The position numbers and the translations under genes are program-made. Positions 46,744 to 56,364 of a stretch of 64,000 bases of DNA are shown here, piece by piece. Within the stretch, counting starts at the first letter, position 1. The number at the start of each line of letters is the position of its first letter. Origin of the DNA: Bacteroidia bacterium (GTDB taxonomy: Bacteria > Bacteroidota > Bacteroidia > NS11-12g > UBA9320); contig CBDCFW010000006.1 in NCBI GenBank assembly GCA_965216465.1, positions 224,001-288,000 of the forward strand, written 5' to 3'. A model generated the notes under the pieces. The model was not told the origin of the DNA. It made no database searches and was given only the letters and a program-made list of their open reading frames with translations.

Positions 46744-47613
46744 GTGAAATCCTTATCGTTTATCCTTTTTCTTCTATTCGCCTGGAGTAATGTTACCCAT
46801 GGCCAAACTTTAGATCTTTTAGATGATGATAGCGACGATGAGGAAATTCTCTTTACAAAAGCCACTTTTAAGACCAATAGAATTATTAATGGCCACAGTA
46901 TCGAGACCGTTGCAAAACGGGAATTAGATGTTAAAATCTCCCACAGATTTGGTTTCATAAATACCGGCGTGTATGACCTATTTGGATTAGACCAAGCTAC
47001 CATGCGTTTTGGCGGAGACTATGGTATTACAGATAACCTGAATATTGGGATTGGAAGAAGTAATAGAGACAAAACCTACGACGGCTTTGTAAAGTATAAA
47101 TTTCTTCAGCAAAGCACCGGTGCGAAAAATATGCCCGTGACTGCTACTGCGGTTAGTACCATAGGTGTAACTACGTTAAGATGGCCTATTCCAGACCGAA
47201 AAAACTATTTTACAAACAGATTACATTATACTCATCAACTGCTTGTTGCTCGTAAGTTTTCGGATGGATTTAGTGCTCAAATAACACCCACACTGGTGCA
47301 TAAAAACTTAATTGATTCTTCAAAATTCAGCAATGATATATTTGCTATAGGAGCAGGCTTTAGACAAAAGTTAACTACCAGAACAACAGTAAATTTCGAG
47401 TACTTTTACGTACTTCCTAATCAAATTAGTGATGAAAATACAAACGCCTTATCCATCGGTTTCGACATCGAAACAGGAGGCCATGTATTTCAATTGTTTT
47501 TTACAAATGCTGCTGCTCCATTTGAAAAAGGATTTATAACCGATACTAAAGCAAAATGGGCCGATGGTGACATCCGATTCGGCTTTAATGTGGCCAGAGT
47601 CTTTAATTTTTAG
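46744..47613 (+). CDS. DUF5777-like outer-membrane beta-barrel protein
   Basis: GTG start and signal peptide; ATFK..RIINGHS.E, ISHRFG, LFGLD, DIETGGHVFQLFFTN and C-terminal FGFNVARVFNF. Confidence 0.78.
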   Translation: MKSLSFILFLLFAWSNVTHGQTLDLLDDDSDDEEILFTKATFKTNRIINGHSIETVAKRELDVKISHRFGFINTGVYDLFGLDQATMRFGGDYGITDNLNIGIGRSNRDKTYDGFVKYKFLQQSTGAKNMPVTATAVSTIGVTTLRWPIPDRKNYFTNRLHYTHQLLVARKFSDGFSAQITPTLVHKNLIDSSKFSNDIFAIGAGFRQKLTTRTTVNFEYFYVLPNQISDENTNALSIGFDIETGGHVFQLFFTNAAAPFEKGFITDTKAKWADGDIRFGFNVARVFNF

Positions 47614-47669
47614 TAAATTTGGTAGGGTTATACCTACTAAATCTATTAATTAGAACGATTATCAAGCCA

Positions 47670-50147
47670 CTGAAACTCATACTCAGCATTTTACTTATAA
47701 CCTTAAGTACAGGTGTATTCGCTACGCATATAGTAGGCGGAGAAATGACGTATGATCTAATCAACCCGGCTACTAATACCTACCGTATCACCTTAAAACT
47801 TTTTGTAGACTGCGAAAACGGAAACCCGCAGGCCATCGCGTCTGACGCTACCGCCTTAATAGGGATGTACGACGGCGTAACCAATGCTTACAAAGGGCAA
47901 TTTACCATGATGCGGTCAGGACCATCTCGTGTAGATAAGGTCAATTATAACTGTGTTGTTAAACCGACAGGTGTATGTGTCGATGCATACACATTTACAC
48001 TTTTGAAGACGATTGACCCAGGAACAAATGGTATGGTTCTAGCTTACCAACGGTGCTGCAGAAACAATACGATTTATAATATTTTGGCACCACATGCCAC
48101 AGGGATTACCATTTGGACCAAAATCCCTAGAAGAGTAATTGCAAATTCAAGTGCAAAGTTCAACGAACTTCCACCAAACTATGTCTGTGTAAATGCTCCT
48201 CTAAGTGTTGATCATTCAGCAACCGATGAAGATGGTGATTCTTTGGTTTATGCTTTGTTCTCTCCATATTCTGGAGGAACACAAGACGATCCTCGTCCAT
48301 CTCCTTCTGCAGCTAATCGCCCTCCGTTTAATCAAATTCTTTGGAAGGCTCCATTTCAAAACTTGAATCAAATGGGAGGAAGTCCTGGTCTATCTATAAA
48401 CTCAAAAACTGGTGAACTCACAGTTACGCCCACCATTAAAGGTCAATTTGTAATTGGTATTATGGTTATGGAGTACCGAAATGGTGAGGTTATTAGCCGA
48501 ACCCGAAGAGACTATCAATTTAATGTTATTGATTGCGAGTTCGACATTGTAGCCAACTATACTGTTGAAGGCGGAACTGCTGTAAATGGTGCCTATACTT
48601 TTGAGTGTAGAGACACAGTTTTCTTTAAAAATACGAGCACGAGCAAGAGCACACCTTCCTACTTTTGGAACTTTGGTGACCCAACAACAGATGCCGACAC
48701 CTCGGTAGAAAAAGACCCTTATTGGGTGTACCCAGGTAATGGCGATTACACCGTAACGCTTCGTGTAAAATCTTCAATATGTGAAGACGAGTATAAGTAC
48801 AGCGTTCGAATTCGCTCAACTAAACCATTCGAATTAGGACCTGACCACATTTACTGCGATGACTTTGAGCATATATTGGATACACGTACTCCTGATGCGG
48901 TTAGTGTTACTTGGAGTAATGGGGAAACCGGACATAAAATTATAGCTGAAGATACGGGCATGTACGTCGCCGAAGTATCTTACGGTAACTGTGTCTACTC
49001 AGATTCCATAAGTCTGTTCCTCTACCCGGTACCCGAAATATCGCTGCCCGAAGATTCATTGTTTTGTGATGATGTTGACGTGGTTCTTGACGCCGGTCAC
49101 AAAGGACTAAGTTACACCTGGGGCAATAACTTAGGCAACAAGCAGACACTGCATGTTACAGAAAGTGGTGTGTATACCTTGACCACCCGAAACCTGTATT
49201 GCACACGACACGATACCGTTCGGATATGGCAGGCTACCCAACCTAGGATCGATGACACCCTATTTTGTGGGGAGTTCAACTACCTTGTAAGTGCTGGCGA
49301 TATTGAAGAGGCTGTATATAGTTGGTCAAACGGAGCAACAACCCCTGCTACCACATATACCCAACCCGGCAATCACTGGATTAGGGTGACTCAACGCCAT
49401 TGTGTGAAGTCAGATTCGTTTAAGATATCTAATCCTGCTATTGGACTCAATTTAGGAAACGATGAACACTTTTGTGATGTAGTTAGCCGAACATTAGACG
49501 CAGGTACGGATGGTATTAAATACATGTGGAGTACTGGAGATACAACAGCAATTATTCATGTAAATCAAGAAGGAACTTATTCTGTTTATGTGGAGGACAA
49601 GTACGGTTGTTCAAGTGAAGACTCGGTTGATATTACCATGACCTACTCTCCTATTTTCTCAATAGGATCGGATACTACAATTTGTGTGAATTCACCTATA
49701 GAGATTAGTGCACCAAGTGGATTTGTAAGTTACGCTTGGAACACCGGTCATAGCGACGCTACAATTGAAGTTAAAGACGAAGGTGGCTATGGAGTACACG
49801 TTGTTGATGCCTATGGATGCAAAGGTTCAGACAGTGTGAATGTTTATGTTGATCCAGAAGCACTGCCTAATATACTCTATGTTCCGAATGCATTTACGCC
49901 AAACGACGATGGCATGAATGACTTATTCCCTTATAAAGAGGAAGTAGTGCAGCCCGGCTATTACATTGTGATATTTACCCGTTGGGGTGAGAAGGTATTC
50001 GACTCAAGAACTTCTGAGACCACAAATTGGGATGGTTATTATCAAGGAACCATAGTAAATCAACAAGCTTTTATGTACTACATGTTCTATAAAGGATGTG
50101 ACGGTCGACAAAGAAATAACAAGGGAACAGTCCGCCCTATCTATTAA
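47670..50147 (+). CDS. T9SS type B (gliding-motility-associated) CTD protein with PKD/Ig-like repeats
   Basis: A|THIVGGE N-terminus, QRCCRN, WNFGD PKD motif, repeated LG.D...C...LDAG...Y.WS.G modules, CTD VPNAFTPNDDGMND.F...IFTRWGE.VF...WDG. Start uncertain (CTG 47670 proposed; ORF track uses TTG 47619). Confidence 0.85.
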   Translation: MKLILSILLITLSTGVFATHIVGGEMTYDLINPATNTYRITLKLFVDCENGNPQAIASDATALIGMYDGVTNAYKGQFTMMRSGPSRVDKVNYNCVVKPTGVCVDAYTFTLLKTIDPGTNGMVLAYQRCCRNNTIYNILAPHATGITIWTKIPRRVIANSSAKFNELPPNYVCVNAPLSVDHSATDEDGDSLVYALFSPYSGGTQDDPRPSPSAANRPPFNQILWKAPFQNLNQMGGSPGLSINSKTGELTVTPTIKGQFVIGIMVMEYRNGEVISRTRRDYQFNVIDCEFDIVANYTVEGGTAVNGAYTFECRDTVFFKNTSTSKSTPSYFWNFGDPTTDADTSVEKDPYWVYPGNGDYTVTLRVKSSICEDEYKYSVRIRSTKPFELGPDHIYCDDFEHILDTRTPDAVSVTWSNGETGHKIIAEDTGMYVAEVSYGNCVYSDSISLFLYPVPEISLPEDSLFCDDVDVVLDAGHKGLSYTWGNNLGNKQTLHVTESGVYTLTTRNLYCTRHDTVRIWQATQPRIDDTLFCGEFNYLVSAGDIEEAVYSWSNGATTPATTYTQPGNHWIRVTQRHCVKSDSFKISNPAIGLNLGNDEHFCDVVSRTLDAGTDGIKYMWSTGDTTAIIHVNQEGTYSVYVEDKYGCSSEDSVDITMTYSPIFSIGSDTTICVNSPIEISAPSGFVSYAWNTGHSDATIEVKDEGGYGVHVVDAYGCKGSDSVNVYVDPEALPNILYVPNAFTPNDDGMNDLFPYKEEVVQPGYYIVIFTRWGEKVFDSRTSETTNWDGYYQGTIVNQQAFMYYMFYKGCDGRQRNNKGTVRPIY

Positions 50148-50571
50148 GCAATTTCTGAATTGCCTCCTTATCCATTTCAAAGGTAAAATCCTCAAGAAGT
50201 CGCTGGTTTAAAGTTCGCCATTCAAATTTTATAGCATTTTTTCGACCTGAATTTGTTGGTTGAATAATTTCTAATTTTTGGGGTTGATCTATGGATTCTA
50301 CTTCATAGTGTACAGCAATAACCTGTTCGTTTTTTTTAAATACACTTTGGATAAACTGTTCGGTGACGTGCAGCAATCTTCGAGCGTTTATGGTGACACC
50401 TAATTCCTCAAAGAACTCCCGTTTAACACAGTCTGCTGGTGTTTCGCCAAACTCTAAACCTCCTCCTGGGAGCTTTAACATCTGGAATCCATCTATATTT
50501 TCATGGCTAATCAATATTTTATTGTCTTTTAGCCAGATACCATAAACCCTTATGTTAAATTTGTCGATCAT
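50137..50571 (-). CDS. NUDIX hydrolase
   Basis: Nudix box PGGGLEFGETPADCVKREFFEELG; FNIRVYG. Confidence 0.88.
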   Translation of the reverse strand: MIDKFNIRVYGIWLKDNKILISHENIDGFQMLKLPGGGLEFGETPADCVKREFFEELGVTINARRLLHVTEQFIQSVFKKNEQVIAVHYEVESIDQPQKLEIIQPTNSGRKNAIKFEWRTLNQRLLEDFTFEMDKEAIQKLLNR

Positions 50572-50580
50572 AAACAAGGC

Positions 50581-51918
50581 ATGGCTTCAATTTTAATAAA
50601 AAACGGACGAGTTATAAATGAAAACAACCAATTCATTGGAAACATCTTGGTTGAAGACGGTAGAATTACCAAAATTTCAGAGCAGGAAATAGCTGTTCAA
50701 GCAGATACAGTTATTGATGCAACCGGCAAGTGGGTGATGCCTGGAGTGATTGATGACCAAGTTCATTTTAGAGAACCAGGTCTTACGCACAAAGCTGAGA
50801 TTTATACTGAGGCAAAAGCAGCTGTGGCGGGAGGAACAACAAGTTTTATGGAAATGCCCAATACCATCCCACAGAGCACAACCCAAGAAGAACTTGAAAA
50901 GAAATACGTACGAGCAAGTGAGTGCTCACTCGCTAATTACTCATTCTTTATGGGTGGCACCAATGACAACATTGAAGAAATACTTAAAACCGACCCTAAA
51001 ACAGTATGTGGAATCAAACTCTTTATGGGAAGCAGTACAGGAAATATGTTGGTAGACAATGAAACTACCTTGAGAAACATTTTCTCACAAACACCGATGC
51101 TCATAGCTACCCACTGTGAAGACGAAGAATCAATCCGAAGAAATACTGCTAAATATGTAGAGAAATACGGTGACGACATCCCTATGTCAGCTCACCCTGA
51201 AATAAGAGACGCTGAAACTTGTTACATTTCAAGCAAGCTCGCTACAGATCTTGCGAAAGAATACAATTCAAGACTTCATATTTTACATATCTCAACAGCC
51301 AAAGAAGTCGAACTATTCGACAACAGTATTCCACTAAAAGATAAGCGAATCACCGCCGAAGTTTGCGTACACCACCTAAGTTTAAATGACACTTTTTATG
51401 ATAGCAGAGGTAGCCAAATCAAGTGTAACCCTGCTATAAAATCTGAGACAGATCAAAAAGCATTGTGGTATGCTTTAAACAATGACTACTTTGACATTGT
51501 GGCTACCGATCACGCTCCTCATACTTGGGAAGAGAAACAAAATAAATACTTGAAGGCTCCAAGCGGATTACCATTGGTTCAACACAGTTTGCAACTTATG
51601 CTTGAGCACTATAAGGCAGGTAGAATAACCCTCAACAAAATGATTCAGAAAATGTGTCATGCACCTGCAGACCTTTTCAGAATAGAGGAAAGAGGGTATT
51701 TACGTGAAGGCTATTGGGCCGATATCGTAATTGTTAATCCGGATACTGAAGAAGAAGTAACAAAAGACAATCTGCATTATAAATGCGGATGGAGTCCGTT
51801 TGAAGGAGAAGTATTTACCACTTCTATTGAAGCAACAATTGTGTCGGGACACGTCGCTTATGCCGATGGCAAATTCAATGAAGATGTAAAAGGGCAGCGA
51901 TTGACATTTAATGCTTAA
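50581..51918 (+). CDS. pyrC: Dihydroorotase (class I-like)
   Basis: PGVIDDQVHFREPG, AGGTTSFMEMPNT, KLFMGSSTG, HCEDE, HILHIST, KCNP and ATDHAPH. Confidence 0.9.
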   Translation: MASILIKNGRVINENNQFIGNILVEDGRITKISEQEIAVQADTVIDATGKWVMPGVIDDQVHFREPGLTHKAEIYTEAKAAVAGGTTSFMEMPNTIPQSTTQEELEKKYVRASECSLANYSFFMGGTNDNIEEILKTDPKTVCGIKLFMGSSTGNMLVDNETTLRNIFSQTPMLIATHCEDEESIRRNTAKYVEKYGDDIPMSAHPEIRDAETCYISSKLATDLAKEYNSRLHILHISTAKEVELFDNSIPLKDKRITAEVCVHHLSLNDTFYDSRGSQIKCNPAIKSETDQKALWYALNNDYFDIVATDHAPHTWEEKQNKYLKAPSGLPLVQHSLQLMLEHYKAGRITLNKMIQKMCHAPADLFRIEERGYLREGYWADIVIVNPDTEEEVTKDNLHYKCGWSPFEGEVFTTSIEATIVSGHVAYADGKFNEDVKGQRLTFNA

Positions 51919-51927
51919 ATTTGAGGA

Positions 51928-52422
51928 ATGAGAACCCCAGTTGCATTCTTGACTTTCTTGTTCTGCTTGGTAAGCTATGCTCAAACCGACACAACCGCTA
52001 CTTCTGATACGGTCAAAAGAACCTTACCTCCGACTTTCGATGTCGAACGACGTGCTGAATTTCCTGGTGGAAATAATGCATTTCAACAATACATTATTGA
52101 CAACCTAGAGTATCCTGAAGAAGCTATTGAGAATGGAGTAGAAGGCAAAGTGTTTATCCAGTTTGAAATCGACAAAGAAGGCAACGTAACAAATGTTCAA
52201 ATAGTTAAAACAGACCTTTATCAAGAAGTTGAGATTCCGGTTGGTAAGAAAAAAAGAAAAACCAAAACCATACGCACCAAAATCGAAGGAGGCACAGATT
52301 ATTGCTTAGGAACCTGTGCCAGTAATCTCATTTCAAATTCCCCTAAATGGAAGCCTGCTATACAACGAAATAAGCCCGTTAGAATGAGGTTTATGATTCC
52401 AATTAGTTACGAGCAATATTGA
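51928..52422 (+). CDS. TonB C-terminal domain protein
   Basis: VE..AEFPGG, NLEYPEEA.ENGVEGKVFIQF.IDKEG.V and PKWKPA.Q..KPVR....PI.Y. Confidence 0.85.
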   Translation: MRTPVAFLTFLFCLVSYAQTDTTATSDTVKRTLPPTFDVERRAEFPGGNNAFQQYIIDNLEYPEEAIENGVEGKVFIQFEIDKEGNVTNVQIVKTDLYQEVEIPVGKKKRKTKTIRTKIEGGTDYCLGTCASNLISNSPKWKPAIQRNKPVRMRFMIPISYEQY

Positions 52423-55244
52423 AACAAAAATTACTTTTCCTCCTCCTCGGTTGCCTAGCGGCCTTACATTCTTTAGCCCAATATCCAACTAATCCAGTTC
52501 AACCCAGTACAACTCAAGACCGACTTGAGGCTGCTTCTGTTTATCAAAAGCTTGTAGATTCATCCCCTTTTCGCGGAATTGAAACCCAGAATATTGGCCC
52601 AACCATAATGAGTGGGCGTGTTGTGGATGCTGCCGTAGACCCAAATGACCCCACACATTTTTTTGTCGCGTATGCAACTGGTGGCGTCTGGGAGACTATC
52701 AATAACGGTCAAAGCTTCACCCCCATTTTCGACAATAATGGTTATACCATTCATTGTGGAGCATTAGCTGTTAATTGGGAGACTAAAACTATTTATGTCG
52801 GAACTGGCGAAGCCAATTCAAGTCGTTCATCGTATCCTGGCTTTGGAATATTTAAGGGGCATTTTGAACAAGCTTCAATTGAATGGACGAACCTCGGACT
52901 ACACGCGTCACACCATATCAGCAGAATAGTTATTCATCCTTTAGATTCAAATCTGTTGTACGTTGCCGTAATGGGTAATCTCTTCACTGAAAGCAAAGAC
53001 CGAGGGGTATATCGTTCAACCGATGGAGGGCAACATTGGGAAAAAGCACTCTTTGTAAATGAAAACACTGGTGCTGTAGACCTTGAAATCAACCCTCAGA
53101 ACCCTGACCAAATAATGGTAGCCATGTGGGAGAAAGCTCGAAGATCTTGGAATTTTTGGGAAAGTGGTGAAGGTTCAGGAGTATATGTATCATCCGACAA
53201 AGGTGAAACATGGCAGATTTCGTCAAGCCTGCCACATGGAAAGTTAATCGGTCGAATAGGTTTGAGCATTGCAGACAACGGCACTTGTTATGCTTTATTA
53301 GACAACCAAGGAAAAACGGACAAGAAGCGACAAGACAATGGCGAAATAACAAAGCATTCATTTGTGGAAATGAGCAAAGATTCATTGCAAAATCTATCAG
53401 ATTCAACACTTAATAAATTCTTACGCGACAACCGTTTTCCTAAGAAGTACACTTCCAAAGTGATTAAAAAAATGGTTAGAAAAGATGAGCTCACACCTCG
53501 AGATCTATTTGATTTTCTGACCGACTCCAATGCTGCATTGTTTGACAATCCCGTAACCGGTGCGGAGCTCTATCGCTCAATTGATTTCGGACTTACCTGG
53601 ACTAAAACTCATCAGGAAGTTTATGACAAGGTTAACTATACCTACGGTTACTATTTTGGAACGGTTCATGTTAATCCCAAAAATGATAATGAAGTATACA
53701 TCGCAGGAGTGCCACTTTTGAAATCAGTTGATGGAGGTAGTTCATTTGAATTCATAGGAAATAGTAATGTTCATTCTGATCATCATCTGATATGGACTAA
53801 TCCGAATCGGCCAGGACACATTATAAATGGGAATGATGGAGGAATTAACATTAGCTACGACGGTGGGAAAAATTGGACCAAGTGCAATTCTCCAGCTGTA
53901 GGACAATTTTACACCGTTGCGGTCGATGAAAACAAACGATACAATGTTTATGGAGGCTTGCAAGACAATGGCGTTTGGAAAGGACCAAACAGTTACACCC
54001 CATCTACGCGATGGCATGGAGAAGGGATATATCCTTACTCTAGATTGTTAGGAGGAGATGGAATGCAAATTCAAATTGATGAAGAAAACGACTACGTATT
54101 TACGGGCTATCAATTTGGCCATTACTATAGAATTCCTAAATCAGGAAAAAGGCTTTACATCCATCCAACACAAGATTTGAAAGAACCGAATTTGAGATGG
54201 AATTGGCAGACACCAATATTACTCTCTTCTCATAACCCAGAAATACTCTATATGGGTAGTAACAAGCTTCATCGAAGTATGAATAGCGGAGAAACTTTTG
54301 ATGAAATAAGCGGCGACTTAACAAACGGTCTACGTGAAGGAGACGTAAGCTATGGTACAACAACGACCATTAGCGAAAGTGTGTTTAAGTTTGGTAAGCT
54401 TTACGTCGGGACCGATGATGGCAGAGCACATTACAGTAGCGATGGTGGCAACAATTGGATAGATATAAGTAAAAAACTCCCTGACCATTTTTGGGTTAAA
54501 GAGGTTTTGGCAAGCGTTCACCTTGAAGACCAAGTTTACATTGTTTTGAATGGTCATACGTTGGACAATTTCGAATCGCATGTTTACTGCTCTAAAGACA
54601 ATGGTTTAAGTTGGGAACGAATCGGGAAGAACTTACCTAACTCGCCGGCCAATACCATAATTGAGGACCCTAATCACGACAATATTATATATCTGGGTAA
54701 CGACATGGGCCTCTTTATTTCGATTGATTATGGGCAAACTTTTGAAGTTTTAGGTAACATTCCCCCTGTAGCTGTGCACGATCTTGCAATTCAGAAAAAG
54801 CATCGCGATTTAGTTGTCGGAACTCACGGAAGAAGTATTTATAAGCTTCAGTTGGAGTCTGTTTATCAGTACATCGATTACCAAGATTCTAGCTTCGTAC
54901 TTCTCGATATTGCTCCAATAACTTTTAGAAATTTTTGGGGCACCATGCAGTATAACTGGAAGATTTCAAAACCTTCAGCAACTATCAAATATTTCTTAGA
55001 AGCAGACTCAGAGGTTGATTTAAAGGTGTTAGATGAGGAAGGAAATGTACTTCTTGAAAGAAGAATTGCAGGTAAAAAAGGTTATAATGTAGAAGAGCTC
55101 GAATTGAGTTTTAAAACAAATCCTGCTGAGCAATTCAAGTTAGGTGATGATGGTTGGTATTATCCAAATGAATCCTCTTTAAAAATTCGAATTTCGCAGG
55201 GTGAAGAAACCAGGACCAAAATCGTTGAAATTAAGAGCAAGTAA
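52419..55244 (+). CDS. VPS10/sortilin-like BNR (Asp-box) repeat protein
   Basis: IGP.IMSGRV, YVGTGE, repeated S.DGG..W Asp-boxes, HSDHH.IW, GNDGG, YGGLQDNG, WNWQTPI and GTHGRS. Confidence 0.85.
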   Translation: MKQKLLFLLLGCLAALHSLAQYPTNPVQPSTTQDRLEAASVYQKLVDSSPFRGIETQNIGPTIMSGRVVDAAVDPNDPTHFFVAYATGGVWETINNGQSFTPIFDNNGYTIHCGALAVNWETKTIYVGTGEANSSRSSYPGFGIFKGHFEQASIEWTNLGLHASHHISRIVIHPLDSNLLYVAVMGNLFTESKDRGVYRSTDGGQHWEKALFVNENTGAVDLEINPQNPDQIMVAMWEKARRSWNFWESGEGSGVYVSSDKGETWQISSSLPHGKLIGRIGLSIADNGTCYALLDNQGKTDKKRQDNGEITKHSFVEMSKDSLQNLSDSTLNKFLRDNRFPKKYTSKVIKKMVRKDELTPRDLFDFLTDSNAALFDNPVTGAELYRSIDFGLTWTKTHQEVYDKVNYTYGYYFGTVHVNPKNDNEVYIAGVPLLKSVDGGSSFEFIGNSNVHSDHHLIWTNPNRPGHIINGNDGGINISYDGGKNWTKCNSPAVGQFYTVAVDENKRYNVYGGLQDNGVWKGPNSYTPSTRWHGEGIYPYSRLLGGDGMQIQIDEENDYVFTGYQFGHYYRIPKSGKRLYIHPTQDLKEPNLRWNWQTPILLSSHNPEILYMGSNKLHRSMNSGETFDEISGDLTNGLREGDVSYGTTTTISESVFKFGKLYVGTDDGRAHYSSDGGNNWIDISKKLPDHFWVKEVLASVHLEDQVYIVLNGHTLDNFESHVYCSKDNGLSWERIGKNLPNSPANTIIEDPNHDNIIYLGNDMGLFISIDYGQTFEVLGNIPPVAVHDLAIQKKHRDLVVGTHGRSIYKLQLESVYQYIDYQDSSFVLLDIAPITFRNFWGTMQYNWKISKPSATIKYFLEADSEVDLKVLDEEGNVLLERRIAGKKGYNVEELELSFKTNPAEQFKLGDDGWYYPNESSLKIRISQGEETRTKIVEIKSK

Positions 55245-55307
55245 GCAGTTGAGTTTTTGGTCAATACCGCTTTAGAATAATAGAACTTCATATATCTTTG
55301 CCCACTT

Positions 55308-55772
55308 ATGCAAATAGCTGAGGCCATATCAACATTTGAATCAACTGTTAAGAAACATTTAAACCTCTCTCCGGACCAAATCCGTTGTGAAAATGAGGGT
55401 GAGTATATTATTAAGCGAGATAATACTGAAATGTACATTGATTTATGGCAACCCCAAGAACAAAGTCAATGGCAGTATTTCGATCGCGAGAATATTGCTG
55501 GAGTATTTCAAATAGTAGCTCCAATTTGTCACTACCCACCTGATGAACATCTGCCTATATTTTTAGAAGAGCTTGCTCATTTAAACTTTCACTTATTCTT
55601 CGGAAAATTTATTGCGAATGCAGACCAACGTGTAATCAGTATTCAATACAAGAGAGTTCTTCATGGATTAAACGAAACCGAAATAATTGAACCTCTCGAA
55701 GCAGTGGGATATTATGCAGAAAACCTGAAGGAATATCTCATGGAAAAATACCACGTTAAAAAAATTCAATAA
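55308..55772 (+). CDS. YbjN / T3SS-chaperone-like small protein
   Basis: 154 aa; FQIVAPI...P...FLEEL..LNF pattern and a C-terminal amphipathic helix. Confidence 0.5.
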   Translation: MQIAEAISTFESTVKKHLNLSPDQIRCENEGEYIIKRDNTEMYIDLWQPQEQSQWQYFDRENIAGVFQIVAPICHYPPDEHLPIFLEELAHLNFHLFFGKFIANADQRVISIQYKRVLHGLNETEIIEPLEAVGYYAENLKEYLMEKYHVKKIQ

Positions 55773-55776
55773 CGAG

Positions 55777-55803
55777 GCAACCATTCCGCAAAACGTCTCA
55801 TCT
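55777..55803 (+). promoter_or_regulatory. Putative ECF-sigma autoregulatory promoter (GCAACC-N16-CATCT)
   Basis: AAC-type -35 at 55777-55782 and CATCT -10 at 55799-55803, 18 nt upstream of the ECF start. Confidence 0.55.
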
Positions 55804-55821
55804 TAAAAGCGTCTCCTGGAA

Positions 55822-56364
55822 ATGAAATCAAGCGATAACAAGGATGAAATATCATTAATAGAAGCTTGCATTAAGGGAGAAACTAAAGCATTTAAAAGGC
55901 TTTACGACATACACGCCGATACGATGTATACGATTTGTTTAAGATATATGACCAACGAAGATGAAGCAAAAGATGCTTTGCAAGAAGGCTTCATTAAGGT
56001 GTATAAAAACTTAAGCAAGTTTAAATTTAAAGGAAGTTTTGAAGGTTGGTTGAAGCGAATTTTCGTCAATACGAGCATTGAACAAATTAGAAAAAGAAAA
56101 CTTCATTTAGATGTAAGCGATGTGGTATCGGACTCACGGTTAACCCAAAGTCCTCAAACTGGACAAATGGACGCTTCGAAAATGATGGAGCTTGTTCAAA
56201 AACTTCCAGCTGGGTACCGAACCGTTTTTAACATGTATGTGGTAGACGGCTTTAGTCACAAAGAAATTAGTGAAGAACTGGGAATAACAGAAAGTACATC
56301 CAAGAGTCAGTTGTTCAAAGCAAGAAAGCAAATGCAACAATGGTTAACCGGATGGTTTGAATAA
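55822..56364 (+). CDS. ECF RNA polymerase sigma factor
   Basis: Region 2: AFKRLY...CLRY...EAKDALQEGFIKV...GSFEGWLKRIFVN. Region 4: LPAGYRTVFNMYVVDGFSHKEISEELGITESTSKSQL.KARK. Confidence 0.95.
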   Translation: MKSSDNKDEISLIEACIKGETKAFKRLYDIHADTMYTICLRYMTNEDEAKDALQEGFIKVYKNLSKFKFKGSFEGWLKRIFVNTSIEQIRKRKLHLDVSDVVSDSRLTQSPQTGQMDASKMMELVQKLPAGYRTVFNMYVVDGFSHKEISEELGITESTSKSQLFKARKQMQQWLTGWFE

